Source: Bacilli bacterium
Lineage (GTDB): Bacteria > Bacillota_I > Bacilli_A > RF39 > UBA660
DNA length: 39,331 nt
NCBI GenBank assembly: GCA_028684435.1
Contig: JAQUFX010000003.1
Span: 1 to 39,331 of the forward strand
Direction of reading: 5' to 3'
The position numbers were made by a program, and so were the translations under genes. Under the pieces are notes generated by a model. The model saw only the letters and a program-made list of their open reading frames with translations. It ran no database searches and had not been told where the DNA came from. This document shows, in pieces, positions 27,469 through 38,824 of the stretch (positions within the stretch are counted from its first letter, which is position 1; each line of letters starts with the position of its first letter).

Positions 27469-28587
27469 TTATAAATATTTATCAAAATTTTTAAATATTG
27501 AATCAGTTTTTAAATTAGTATCATCTAAATCATTAAATAATGATTTTTGTTTACGATCAATTTTTGTAGGTATTATTATATTAGTTATTAAAAATAAATC
27601 CCCTACTGATCTAGTCTTTTCATCTTCAATACCTTTACCTTTTATGCGAATACTTTGATTATTTTGGGTACCTGCTGAAAAGGTGAATTTTTCGGTTTTA
27701 TATAAGCTCGGAATTTTTTTAGTTACTCCCAAAGTGGCTTCTGTTATCGAAAGAGGAACAACTAAATAGATATCTTTGCCATCTCTTTTAAATAATTCAT
27801 GCTCTTTTACAGTAAAGTCAATATAAATATCACCATTTGGTCCCCCATTCATGCCAACAGAACCTTTTCCTGACATTCTCATTTGATCGCCATTATCAAT
27901 TCCTTTAGGAACTCTTAAATTAATGGTTTTATTTTTCTTGATGGTTTGTTTTCCTTTACATGTACTACAAACATTCTTAAAAATATCGCCACTTCCATTA
28001 CAATAAGGACAGGTTGTTTCAGTTTGCATCATACCTAAAATAGTTCTTTGCTCAGTAATAATTCTACCTCTACCATTACAATGTGAGCAGGTTTCTTTAT
28101 CATGACCACCTTCACCATTACATGCTGAACATAATTCATTAATATTTAATTCAAATGATTTTTCGGTTCCGAAAACAGCTTCTTCAAAGGTTAAATTAAT
28201 TTTAATAAGATAATCTTCACCTTTAGTTTTTCTTTTTGAATTTCTTCCTCTATTAGATGAAAAACTCCCACCCATAAATTGTTCGAAAATACTTCCTAAA
28301 TCCAAATCTTCAAAATCAAAGCCACCAAAACCTCCTGAAAAACCTCCAAAGCCACCAGAATTATTTTCAAAGGCACTTGGTCCAAATTGATCATATTTTT
28401 GACGTTTATTAGCATCACCTAGTATTGAGTAAGCCTCACCAATTTCTTTAAACTTTTCTGATGCTCCAGGGTCTTTATTAACGTCGGGATGATATTCTTT
28501 AGCTTTTTTTCTAAAAGCACTTTTTATTTCGGCTTCACTGGCTGTTTTACTAACACCTAAAATATCATAATAATCTTTTTTTGCCAT
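27469..28587 (-). CDS. dnaJ: molecular chaperone DnaJ
   Basis: J domain with HPD, G/F-rich linker, four CxxCxG repeats. Confidence 0.97.
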   Translation of the reverse strand: MAKKDYYDILGVSKTASEAEIKSAFRKKAKEYHPDVNKDPGASEKFKEIGEAYSILGDANKRQKYDQFGPSAFENNSGGFGGFSGGFGGFDFEDLDLGSIFEQFMGGSFSSNRGRNSKRKTKGEDYLIKINLTFEEAVFGTEKSFELNINELCSACNGEGGHDKETCSHCNGRGRIITEQRTILGMMQTETTCPYCNGSGDIFKNVCSTCKGKQTIKKNKTINLRVPKGIDNGDQMRMSGKGSVGMNGGPNGDIYIDFTVKEHELFKRDGKDIYLVVPLSITEATLGVTKKIPSLYKTEKFTFSAGTQNNQSIRIKGKGIEDEKTRSVGDLFLITNIIIPTKIDRKQKSLFNDLDDTNLKTDSIFKNFDKYL

Positions 28588-28590
28588 TTA

Positions 28591-30375
28591 TTATTCCTCA
28601 CTTATCTTATTAAATTCATCTATTAAATAATCCATATAATTAATAGCTTCATTTATTACTTCTGGTTTGGTTAAATCTACTCCCATTTCTTTAAGTAACT
28701 CAGTTGGGTAGTTTGATCCACCTTTTTTTAAAAATTTTAAATATTTTTCTTTTATATTATCTTCATTATTTAATATCTTCTTAGATATATAAATTGCACT
28801 TGATACTCCAGTAGCGTACTTAAATAAATAATAAGGATTGAAATAATGCATTCTTCTGATCCACATTGTACTTATATTATCATTAATTTTAACAGAACTT
28901 CCATAATATTCTTTTCTAAATTTATAAATCATTTCGTTTAACATTTCGGTACTAACTTCATTACCACTTTCCAAGATAGCATATACTTCATTTTCAAGTT
29001 TACCTTCTAAACAAGCATCATATAAATTGTTTTGAATAGTATGAAGAATATTATAAATAGCAGTTAATTTTAAATCTTTATCATCACTATTATTAATAAC
29101 ATAATTAGAAAATAATATTTCATTTGTAAGTGACGCTACCTCGGCAGTTAAGATATCATGGTAGAATTCGTGATAAGGTTGCTCCATACTTAAATAAGAA
29201 TGAAGAGCATGACCTAATTCATGAGCTAGCGTACTTATATCATTAAATTTACCTAAATAATTAGTAAGAACTAAGGGATTATCTCCATAATTACATATTG
29301 AATATATTAAAGATGTTTTTCCTTTATAGCACCCAAAATCAATCCAACGCTCAGCAAATGCTTTATTTAATAACTTAGTATAATCTTTTCCTAATACTTC
29401 TAAGGATTTAATTAAAATAGATTTTGTTTCTTCAATGGAAAATTTTTTCTCAGATGAAACTAACTGAGCATCTTTATCATAATACTCAAGTTCATCTAGA
29501 CCTAAATTTGTTTTAATCATTTTAAAATATTTTTGATAAATATCTAATCTTTTTTCGATTATCTCATATAAATTACTAACTACTTTTTCGGGAATATTAG
29601 ATGAGAATAAATCCATTTCTAGTAATGATTTAAACTTATATATTTCTGATAAACTTTTAGCTTGTTTCATACTAGAAATTAAATTCATACCATAAATAGC
29701 TTCATATTTTTTTAAATTATTAGTTAATTTTAAAAAGGCTTCTTTTCTTGTCTTGCGATTTTTATTAGTAATTATTTGACGATAATTACTATTTAATAAT
29801 TCTATTTCCTGACCATCAACCATTATTTTTCCGTAATCAATAATAGAATTAGTTAAGACAGTACTAAGATTTTCATATACCGACCTAGTAGATGTTAATT
29901 TAGCAATGATTTGTTCTTCTTTTTCATTTAAATGATGATCTTTTTCTCTTAATAAATTAGATAAATAAAACTTATATTTTTTTAATAGCTTAGAATCTAG
30001 ATATTTTTTTAATAAGGATTTACTTCCATTTAATATTTCCGGAGTTAAATAAGCCTCTTTTTCGGAAAATTCATATGATAAAGATATTATTTTATTTAAC
30101 ATTAAAGCATATTTATTATTTTCAACATTTTCATCATGTTTACAATTAGCATAACAATAAAGTTTTTCTAAATTGCATTTTATTTCAAACTTTATTTCTA
30201 AAGCAGCAAATAAATTTTTTTCACTTTTTAAAACTTCATTTTTAAAAGGTAATATTTTATTGATAGATTTTTTTAATTTTTGAAAATCTTTTTCCCATGC
30301 TTCATCATTTTGATATCTTTTTGTTAAGTCCCATTTATATTTTTCTTCTATTTCACTGCGGCTTTGGTAGTTCAT
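28591..30375 (-). CDS. pepF: oligoendopeptidase F (M3B)
   Basis: 594 aa. HELGHALH zinc motif and the M3B N-terminus (W.L...Y). Confidence 0.93.
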   Translation of the reverse strand: MNYQSRSEIEEKYKWDLTKRYQNDEAWEKDFQKLKKSINKILPFKNEVLKSEKNLFAALEIKFEIKCNLEKLYCYANCKHDENVENNKYALMLNKIISLSYEFSEKEAYLTPEILNGSKSLLKKYLDSKLLKKYKFYLSNLLREKDHHLNEKEEQIIAKLTSTRSVYENLSTVLTNSIIDYGKIMVDGQEIELLNSNYRQIITNKNRKTRKEAFLKLTNNLKKYEAIYGMNLISSMKQAKSLSEIYKFKSLLEMDLFSSNIPEKVVSNLYEIIEKRLDIYQKYFKMIKTNLGLDELEYYDKDAQLVSSEKKFSIEETKSILIKSLEVLGKDYTKLLNKAFAERWIDFGCYKGKTSLIYSICNYGDNPLVLTNYLGKFNDISTLAHELGHALHSYLSMEQPYHEFYHDILTAEVASLTNEILFSNYVINNSDDKDLKLTAIYNILHTIQNNLYDACLEGKLENEVYAILESGNEVSTEMLNEMIYKFRKEYYGSSVKINDNISTMWIRRMHYFNPYYLFKYATGVSSAIYISKKILNNEDNIKEKYLKFLKKGGSNYPTELLKEMGVDLTKPEVINEAINYMDYLIDEFNKISEE

Positions 30376-30391
30376 TTTTAACTCCTTCTAT

Positions 30392-30417
30392 CAAAAAGTT
30401 CTAGGTTAACTAGAACT
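30392..30417 (-). terminator. intrinsic terminator after dnaK
   Basis: AGTTCTAG-gttaa-CTAGAACT, followed by TTTTT on the minus strand. Confidence 0.65.
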
Positions 30418-30421
30418 CTTA

Positions 30422-32254
<1,833 letters not shown>

Positions 32255-32262
32255 TCACTCTC

Positions 32263-32763
32263 CTATTCATTTACTTTGACCATGGCTGGTCTTATTACCT
32301 TTTCTTTATATTTATAACCTTTTTGTAAGACTTCTAAGATTACCCCAGCTGGTTTATTTTCGTCTTTTTCGGTTATTATTGCTTGATGCATATTAGGATT
32401 AAATTCTTGTCCTTGAGCATCGATTTCAACTACTTCATTATTATTTAAAACCGTAATTAAATTTCCATAAATCATTTTAAATCCATTTAAGAATTTTGAA
32501 AGTTCATCAGTAAGATCGTTGTCATCTAACTTAATAGCTCGCTCAAAATTATCAACAATAGGTAATAATGATATAATTAGTTCTTCATTAGCATATTTAA
32601 ATAATTGTGATACTTCATCATCTTTTCTTTTTCGATAATTAAGCATTTCAGCTTGTGCTCGTAAAGCCTTTTCTTTTTCTAAAGCTAACTGTTCTTTAAA
32701 TAAATTTAATTTATCTTTGGATTTTACTTTATTAACTTTTTCGCATATTTTTTCTTCTTTCAT
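32263..32763 (-). CDS. grpE: nucleotide exchange factor GrpE
   Basis: 166 aa. Coiled coil plus the C-terminal GrpE motif (FNPNMHQAI...GY....VIRPAMVKV). Confidence 0.95.
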   Translation of the reverse strand: MKEEKICEKVNKVKSKDKLNLFKEQLALEKEKALRAQAEMLNYRKRKDDEVSQLFKYANEELIISLLPIVDNFERAIKLDDNDLTDELSKFLNGFKMIYGNLITVLNNNEVVEIDAQGQEFNPNMHQAIITEKDENKPAGVILEVLQKGYKYKEKVIRPAMVKVNE

Positions 32764-33758
32764 TCCTTATCCCTTTCTAAGTAGTTCTTTATATAATTAA
32801 GTAGCATAACCACTTTATCATATTCCATTCTTTTAGGTCCAATAATTGCCATCGTTCCTTCTTCATCATTGATTTTATAACTCGTTTTTACTATCGTGAC
32901 ATTATCATCAAATTTATTTTCTTCACCTATATAAATATTTATTCCCTCTTGATCAGTTTCTATTCTTTTTACTAAATCTACATTTTCAAGTTTACTAATA
33001 ATACCTTTAATTTTATTAGGTTCATTATATTCAGGTTGTTTTAAGATATTAGTTTTACCCGAAAAAAATATATCACTTTGTTTAACTGTAAAATCATTAA
33101 ATGCTTCTTGAAAGAAATTCATAACTTCTTCATACTGTTTTATTTTAGTCGCAATAATAGGTTTTACTTCATATTCCAATTTAGCACTTACTTCAGATAA
33201 TTTAGTTCCAATTAAATTTTTATTAATTATTTCACATGATTTAACTATCTCATTAACACTAATATTACTAGGTACTAAAGTCTGTTTATTCTCAACATGT
33301 CCAGTATTAGTAACCACTACTGCAACTACTTTATTATCATCTATTGGTATAATGCTTACTTGTTTAAGTAAATGATTAGAACTATCTTTTCCCAATACAA
33401 CACTAGTATAATTAGTTATTTCACTTACTATTTCCATACATTTTAATATCGCATCACTTACTACTAATTCTTTATTATTTAATATAGTTTGTAATTTTAA
33501 AACATCATCGCCAGTTAATTCTTTAGGTTTCATTAAATAATCAACATAATATTTATAACCTTTTTCGCTAGGAATCCGGCCACTGGAAGTATGAGTTTTT
33601 TCTAAATATTCAAGTGTTTCTAAATAAGCCATATCATTTCTAATTGTAGCACTAGAACATTTCATTTTTTTGACTAAAGATTTACTTCCAACCGGTTTAA
33701 CTGTTTTAATATAAATCTCGATTATTAATTTTAATAGTTCTTGTTGGCGAGTATTCAT
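32760..33758 (-). CDS. hrcA: heat-inducible transcription repressor HrcA
   Basis: Winged-helix N-terminus (RQQELLKLIIEIYIKTVKPVGSK). Start moved to the ATG at 33758, behind AAGGAAAG, because the longer ORF runs through the operator and promoter. Confidence 0.93.
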   Translation of the reverse strand: MNTRQQELLKLIIEIYIKTVKPVGSKSLVKKMKCSSATIRNDMAYLETLEYLEKTHTSSGRIPSEKGYKYYVDYLMKPKELTGDDVLKLQTILNNKELVVSDAILKCMEIVSEITNYTSVVLGKDSSNHLLKQVSIIPIDDNKVVAVVVTNTGHVENKQTLVPSNISVNEIVKSCEIINKNLIGTKLSEVSAKLEYEVKPIIATKIKQYEEVMNFFQEAFNDFTVKQSDIFFSGKTNILKQPEYNEPNKIKGIISKLENVDLVKRIETDQEGINIYIGEENKFDDNVTIVKTSYKINDEEGTMAIIGPKRMEYDKVVMLLNYIKNYLERDKE

Positions 33759-33777
33759 AAAATCACTTTCCTTTAAA

Positions 33778-33803
33778 TTGGCACTCGTTTTTAAAAGTGC
33801 TAA
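33778..33803 (-). promoter_or_regulatory. CIRCE-like operator (promoter-proximal)
   Basis: On the minus strand: TTAGCACTT, an 8-nt spacer, then GAGTGCCAA. The consensus is TTAGCACTC-N9-GAGTGCTAA. Confidence 0.8.
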
Positions 33804-33807
33804 ACCT

Positions 33808-33836
33808 ATTATAATATTATACTTAGCACTTGTCAA
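33808..33836 (-). promoter_or_regulatory. sigmaA-type promoter of the hrcA operon
   Basis: On the minus strand: TTGACA, a 17-nt spacer, then TATAAT. The -35 box lies in the spacer of the distal CIRCE. Confidence 0.7.
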
Positions 33837-33850
33837 TATATGAGTGCTAA
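33823..33850 (-). promoter_or_regulatory. CIRCE-like operator (overlapping the -35)
   Basis: On the minus strand: TTAGCACTC, a 10-nt spacer, then AAGTGCTAA. Confidence 0.8.
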
Positions 33851-33918
33851 TTTTGCAAAATTTTTAAAAATGTTAATTTAGCCCATTATAAAAGGCACTT
33901 TTGTGTCTTTTATAATCA

Positions 33919-35676
33919 TTAATTATTATTTGTACTAACATAATCCTCTGATGAACATTGAATAGTAGTTTCAATACCATCATTATCAATATAATTACAA
34001 TCCAGCATATCGCTTAATCCTTCTTGACAATTATAAGCTTGAAAGCATATATCATTAGTTTGTATAACCTGACTAGTTAAATCTTTATATATTGAAAAAA
34101 TTTTATTAAATCCAGCATTATTAATTAATTTATTATAAATATTATTAAAATCTTCATCAGTTAATGCCGCATAATCAACACTATTACTAACATCTAGTTC
34201 TTTTATAACTTCATTATATTTTAAAGAATAATTAATATTTAAACCAACAGTATATCCTTCCATAGTCATCGAATATTGTATATTAGTATTTTCTCCCTCA
34301 GTTTTTATTGTTACATTTCCAGAGTAAACTTCTTTCGCATTTAAATAATATTGATAATTATAATTATTAATATTATTTTTAGTTATTATAACCATTTCTT
34401 CTGAGTTAGTTTCTTCAATTATAATTTCGAATTTTTTAAATTCTTTAGTTTTATTATCAGTATATATTGCTATTTTAATAATGTTAGAAGAATTACTCGG
34501 TTCATTAAATTCAACTAAAACTTCTCTTATATAATTATTTATTTCTTTTTCTTCAGTATTTAAAACATTACTTAAACTAGTTTTAAATTTAGTACTATTA
34601 TCTAAATATGTAAATATATCTTTTATTAATGCAACACTATTATTATTATTTAAAAATAATATACTTTTCGTAATACCATCAGTTTCTTCCTTAATAAAAT
34701 ATTCATCTTTTAAAGAAATAGTTAACGATTTTTGCATCTCTTCAATTACAATTTTATGATCATCACTATATTCAGATCTAGTAAACATATCATTATAATT
34801 TTCAATATCAGAACTTAAATATTTATCATAAATATTATTTAATAAAACATAACCTTTATTATTTTTAAAGTAAACATTCGCTTTTAATAATTCAGCATCT
34901 TCGTAAGTACTATTAAAAGATACTAAGGCTACTTTATTTTTATAATCAATACCATATTCAGCACTGATAAAAATATTATTTAATATCTTAAATATTTCTA
35001 GTTTGGTATTATCAATATTATCTCCTGTTATATTAGATTTTAAACTAAATGTACCGTTTATAATATCATTATTTTTATCTAATAATGTAGTGGTATTTAA
35101 AAACACACTGTTTATTACCGTATTAAATATTTGCCTTGGTGTTGTTTTAACTAATGTTTTACTAAAAAGTGCTCCCCCAATACCTAATAAAGCTATTAAA
35201 AATATTACCATAATGTTCAGAAACAAAATACATTTCTTTTTAGGTTCATCTTTATTATAAGATGGTTGATAAGAATTTTGTGTCTTTATATTATTATTTG
35301 ATTCTTGATAAGGTACTTCCGGCTCTAAAGGAATATTTAAATTTTGAGCTGGAGGTGCTGTTTGAATATCATTAAAAGATTGATAAGTCATTGGTTGATC
35401 AATACTATTATTTAATGTTTCTCCAGTAGTTGTTGATTGATTATTACTCAATGTCTGAGCTGAAATTATAGGTTCAACATTATTATTAAGAGTTTCAATT
35501 GTAGTATTAGGCTGAACATTAGCATTGAAATTTTGTGCGACTATATCTTGATTAATATTAATCGCTTTATTTTGTTCTAATAAATCTAAGTTTTGTAATT
35601 CAAAAATAGTTTTACCACAACTAGGGCAAAAAGAATTATTATTACTTAGTTCAATATTACAATTTTTACATTTCAT
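33919..35676 (-). CDS. zinc-ribbon membrane protein with a Q/N-rich linker and a large extracytoplasmic domain
   Basis: CxxC...CxxC at the N-terminus (CKNCNIELSNNNSFCPSC). About 130 aa of N/Q/T/P-rich low-complexity sequence. TM helix ILFLNIMVIFLIALLGIGGALF. About 400-aa ectodomain with a Cys-rich C-terminal end. Confidence 0.6.
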   Translation of the reverse strand: MKCKNCNIELSNNNSFCPSCGKTIFELQNLDLLEQNKAININQDIVAQNFNANVQPNTTIETLNNNVEPIISAQTLSNNQSTTTGETLNNSIDQPMTYQSFNDIQTAPPAQNLNIPLEPEVPYQESNNNIKTQNSYQPSYNKDEPKKKCILFLNIMVIFLIALLGIGGALFSKTLVKTTPRQIFNTVINSVFLNTTTLLDKNNDIINGTFSLKSNITGDNIDNTKLEIFKILNNIFISAEYGIDYKNKVALVSFNSTYEDAELLKANVYFKNNKGYVLLNNIYDKYLSSDIENYNDMFTRSEYSDDHKIVIEEMQKSLTISLKDEYFIKEETDGITKSILFLNNNNSVALIKDIFTYLDNSTKFKTSLSNVLNTEEKEINNYIREVLVEFNEPSNSSNIIKIAIYTDNKTKEFKKFEIIIEETNSEEMVIITKNNINNYNYQYYLNAKEVYSGNVTIKTEGENTNIQYSMTMEGYTVGLNINYSLKYNEVIKELDVSNSVDYAALTDEDFNNIYNKLINNAGFNKIFSIYKDLTSQVIQTNDICFQAYNCQEGLSDMLDCNYIDNDGIETTIQCSSEDYVSTNNN

Positions 35677-35752
35677 TTTTTAGTTACCCTTCTATTATAA
35701 ATAATTGTATCATAAAATTGATTTATTTGGCGATTTTTTTCAATTATTAAAT

Positions 35753-35776
35753 AAAAACTAGATTTCTCTAGTTTTT
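35753..35776 (-). terminator. intrinsic terminator after frr
   Basis: AAAAACTAGA-tttc-TCTAGTTTTT with a U-rich tail on the minus strand. Overlaps the frr stop codon. Confidence 0.75.
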
Positions 35777-36317
35777 ATACAGTCATTAATTCTTTTTCTT
35801 TTTCTTTTAACATTTCTTCAATAATTTTATTATATTTTTGGGTTAAATCTTGGATATCATCATAATAAGCATCTGTTTCATCTTCAGGTAATTCAGCTTT
35901 TTTTATTAAATTACGACTATCTTCTCTAACTTGTCGAATTCCTACTTTTCCTTCTTCGGCCATTTGTTTTACTTGTTTAACAAAATCTTTGCGTCTTTCT
36001 TCATTTAATTCTGGCACTGTTAAAATAATAAATTCTCCATTATTGGTAGGAGTAATACCAAGATTAGCTTCAAATAAAGCTTTATCAATATCTTTTAAAG
36101 CACTTTTATCAAAAGGCTTTATAAATAATTGTCTTGCTTCAGGAATAGTAATATTTACTAAAGAATTAAGAGGTGTTAAAGCCCCATAATAATTTACCAT
36201 TATGCCATTTAACATAGCTGGATTAGCCCTACCTGCTCTTACATTTTCCATTCTGTTTCCGAAGTTAGTTATTACTTTTTTCATTTTTATTTCGGTATCA
36301 TTTATAATATTTTCCAT
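35775..36317 (-). CDS. frr: ribosome recycling factor
   Basis: 180 aa. RAGRANPAML, ITIPE and L..ERR...VK motifs. Confidence 0.97.
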   Translation of the reverse strand: MENIINDTEIKMKKVITNFGNRMENVRAGRANPAMLNGIMVNYYGALTPLNSLVNITIPEARQLFIKPFDKSALKDIDKALFEANLGITPTNNGEFIILTVPELNEERRKDFVKQVKQMAEEGKVGIRQVREDSRNLIKKAELPEDETDAYYDDIQDLTQKYNKIIEEMLKEKEKELMTV

Positions 36318-36348
36318 TTTATCTCCTTAATTTTATTATACTTTAAAT

Positions 36349-37008
36349 TCAATTATTTGCAAGTGCTAGAACACTTATTAATATCCCTAATAAAGTAGTC
36401 ACCTCTAAAACAACGATAGTAATTATAGCACCTCTTGTTGAGTCTTGTTTTTCTTTAAATTTTAATGCTTTAATTCTAATATCTTCTTTATGATGCTCTT
36501 TTTCTAAATCAGCTTGTTTTTTAGCAACGATATTAACATATTTATTTAAAAATTTGTTTTCTTTATTATTTAATCCACTATTTTCAAGTTTGACTTTTAA
36601 ATAATAAATAAAAATATCTAAAGCATTTTGTTTATCAGAATTTAAACTTCCTTTATCCATCTCTGATAATAAAATATCGGCTAAAGCAAATAAATCATTA
36701 GTATTTTCTTTAGAGATTTCTTTTCCATTATAAAGCATATCTAAAATTCTTTTAAATTCATTTTCACTTATAAGTAATTCTTCAGGTTCATTGATTTCTT
36801 TTACTTGTATTTCATTTAACCTTAATGTTAAAGAATCATTTATTATATCTAATCCATCAATTTTATCAAAAGAATTATCATTATATTCTTCTATTTCATT
36901 TAAATAATCATTTATTAATTCTTCATCATTAATCTGTTTAATTAAATCAATAATTTCATTTAAATTGATAATTTTATTTTCTTCAATAATTGGGCTTAAT
37001 TTATCCAT
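36349..37008 (-). CDS. hypothetical acidic protein with a C-terminal TM anchor
   Basis: 219 aa with a D/E/N-rich helical body. Single C-terminal helix AIITIVVLEVTTLLGILISVLALA. Only 14 nt downstream of the pseudopilin-like gene. Confidence 0.5.
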   Translation of the reverse strand: MDKLSPIIEENKIINLNEIIDLIKQINDEELINDYLNEIEEYNDNSFDKIDGLDIINDSLTLRLNEIQVKEINEPEELLISENEFKRILDMLYNGKEISKENTNDLFALADILLSEMDKGSLNSDKQNALDIFIYYLKVKLENSGLNNKENKFLNKYVNIVAKKQADLEKEHHKEDIRIKALKFKEKQDSTRGAIITIVVLEVTTLLGILISVLALANN

Positions 37009-37022
37009 AATTAACTACTCCT

Positions 37023-37475
37023 TTACTCAAATGCAACTGATGCAAAATTTATCTTTGAAGGTATATCATCTGATTTGAATTTTACTACTATATTTATTTT
37101 ATTTTTTTCATAATCATTCCACTTATTAAAATAAGCAATACTCGAACCTTCTAATTTAGGTATTTCTGCTTTATAATCGAAATTTTTCGGTATTACATAT
37201 ATTTTATCAATTGATAAATTATCTATAATAAACTTTAAATCATTAATAGAGGTATCTGGTTTATAAATTGTAAAAGTAGAAACATTATTATTATCTATTA
37301 AATAATCACCAACGAAATAAGCCTTATAAATATATTCAACATTATCATAATTATTTTTTACTTGTAACCTAGAAATAATAACTGAATATGATGAATACAA
37401 TGAAATTAAACCAACCATTAATATGGTAATAACAATAATAGTTTCAATCATTACAAATCCTTTTGTATTTTTCAT
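37023..37475 (-). CDS. prepilin-type N-terminal cleavage/methylation domain protein (pseudopilin-like)
   Basis: MKNTKGFVMIETIIVITILMVGLISLY matches the class III signal G/F(x)3E. Start set at the ATG at 37475, which is 1 nt after the upstream stop. Confidence 0.7.
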   Translation of the reverse strand: MKNTKGFVMIETIIVITILMVGLISLYSSYSVIISRLQVKNNYDNVEYIYKAYFVGDYLIDNNNVSTFTIYKPDTSINDLKFIIDNLSIDKIYVIPKNFDYKAEIPKLEGSSIAYFNKWNDYEKNKINIVVKFKSDDIPSKINFASVAFE

Positions 37476-37476
37476 A

Positions 37477-38748
37477 CTATCCACACCATCTTTTATCGAC
37501 ATTATAATTATTGCGAATTTCATCTAGAGTTAATGCTTTATTATATATTCTTAATGATTTAAAATTAGTCACATTTCCGATATATAATATATCATTTAAA
37601 TTAATAGTTGGAGCATTATAAGCAGAAATCAAATCCATTTTTTTACTATTTATATATATAATTATATTATTATTAGTATTTTTGACAATCGAAATAGTAT
37701 AAGATTCTGTAATATTATTAAAAGTATTTAAAACTCCTCCAATAGTTAAATTTACTCTACCTGAAGCTAAGGTACTATTTATAAAATTACTTATAGTAGA
37801 AGTTGATAAATTAAAGTTTCCATAACTTTTGAATTCAATAGTATATTCGTTTTTTAATGATTCGAAAATATTTAATTTAGTATCTAAAGTACCATTTAAT
37901 GTAATTCCATTTGTTTTATCATTAGTATAATTAATATCTGATTGACCAAAAGTATTATTTCCAGATAAATCAGTTATTAAATTAGTATTTGATGTTTTTA
38001 AACCTTTATTACCAGATATATTTAAATAATCATAATGTAATATTAAAGAGTCATTTAGAGCATAATATGCAAAAGTATATGGATCTAAATATAATCCTTT
38101 GCCTCCTAAAATTAGAGCATTTTTACTTATATTAATAGATAATCTTATTGGATACTGATTAGGAGCTATTAAAGTATTATCATATTCATTACACCCTACA
38201 CAACTTTTACGTAAATAAAATTTAGGGCTAGCTTTTTTATCATCATAATAAATATATTCATTTTGATAATCTAATAATGCGTTTTTAATAATTTCTTTGG
38301 TTTCATTATGAAAATTATCAAGCTGGGTTTTAGTCAAATAAGTTACATGAGAATAATTTTCTTCTCCACCTGTTGTATATAAATTGTAATATAAATCAAG
38401 TTCATTTTGCATTGTCGTACCATCAGCATATTTATTAGTAGCAAATAAAACCGTAGCACTTACTAAATTGATTGTATTAGCATCAATACTTGCTACTACC
38501 CACAATTTATCACTAATATTTATTGATCTTTCATTTGAAAAAAGAGACATTTTTACATAATCACCAATTTTTAATTCAGTCGCAGTTCGATTATTTATAT
38601 TTGATAATTCATCTTTAACATTATTTGTTAAATTATTTAATAATAATCTATTATGAACATAAGTTGCAACTAATGCCAGTAAAAGAGCACAAAACACTAA
38701 AAAAAAGGAATATAATAATGATGTTGCAATAAAACCATTTTTTTTCAT
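37477..38748 (-). CDS. pseudopilin-like protein with a C-terminal LamG-type (concanavalin-like) domain
   Basis: N-terminus MKKNGFIATSLLYSFFLVFCALLLALV is pilin-like but lacks Glu5. The C-terminal ~190 aa show the LamG_3 pattern (LILHYDY...DLSGNNTFG...ITLNG...YTIEF...IYINS...LYIG...FKSLRIYNKALTLDEIRNNY). Confidence 0.65.
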   Translation of the reverse strand: MKKNGFIATSLLYSFFLVFCALLLALVATYVHNRLLLNNLTNNVKDELSNINNRTATELKIGDYVKMSLFSNERSINISDKLWVVASIDANTINLVSATVLFATNKYADGTTMQNELDLYYNLYTTGGEENYSHVTYLTKTQLDNFHNETKEIIKNALLDYQNEYIYYDDKKASPKFYLRKSCVGCNEYDNTLIAPNQYPIRLSINISKNALILGGKGLYLDPYTFAYYALNDSLILHYDYLNISGNKGLKTSNTNLITDLSGNNTFGQSDINYTNDKTNGITLNGTLDTKLNIFESLKNEYTIEFKSYGNFNLSTSTISNFINSTLASGRVNLTIGGVLNTFNNITESYTISIVKNTNNNIIIYINSKKMDLISAYNAPTINLNDILYIGNVTNFKSLRIYNKALTLDEIRNNYNVDKRWCG

Positions 38749-38824
38749 TACGATACTCTCCTATCATTATCATTATAATATAAAAAGATAATAAAAAAAA
38801 GGAATATTTAAAACAAGTCTTAAT

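Noticed and set aside
33759-33836. N-terminal 26-codon extension of the hrcA ORF (MTSAKYNIIIGLALLKTSANLKESDF)
   Set aside because: The extension runs through the proximal CIRCE element and the -10/-35 boxes. A good RBS (AAGGAAAG) precedes the internal ATG at 33758, where the conserved HrcA N-terminus begins.
37476-37523. Longer 166-aa form of the pseudopilin-like ORF overlapping the upstream gene by 47 nt. Similar upstream extensions occur for the yqfC, hemW, IreB-like and cadherin-like ORFs.
   Set aside because: In each case an internal ATG with a better-placed RBS coincides with the start of the conserved or signal sequence. The extensions use weak or alternative starts and overlap neighbouring genes or promoters.
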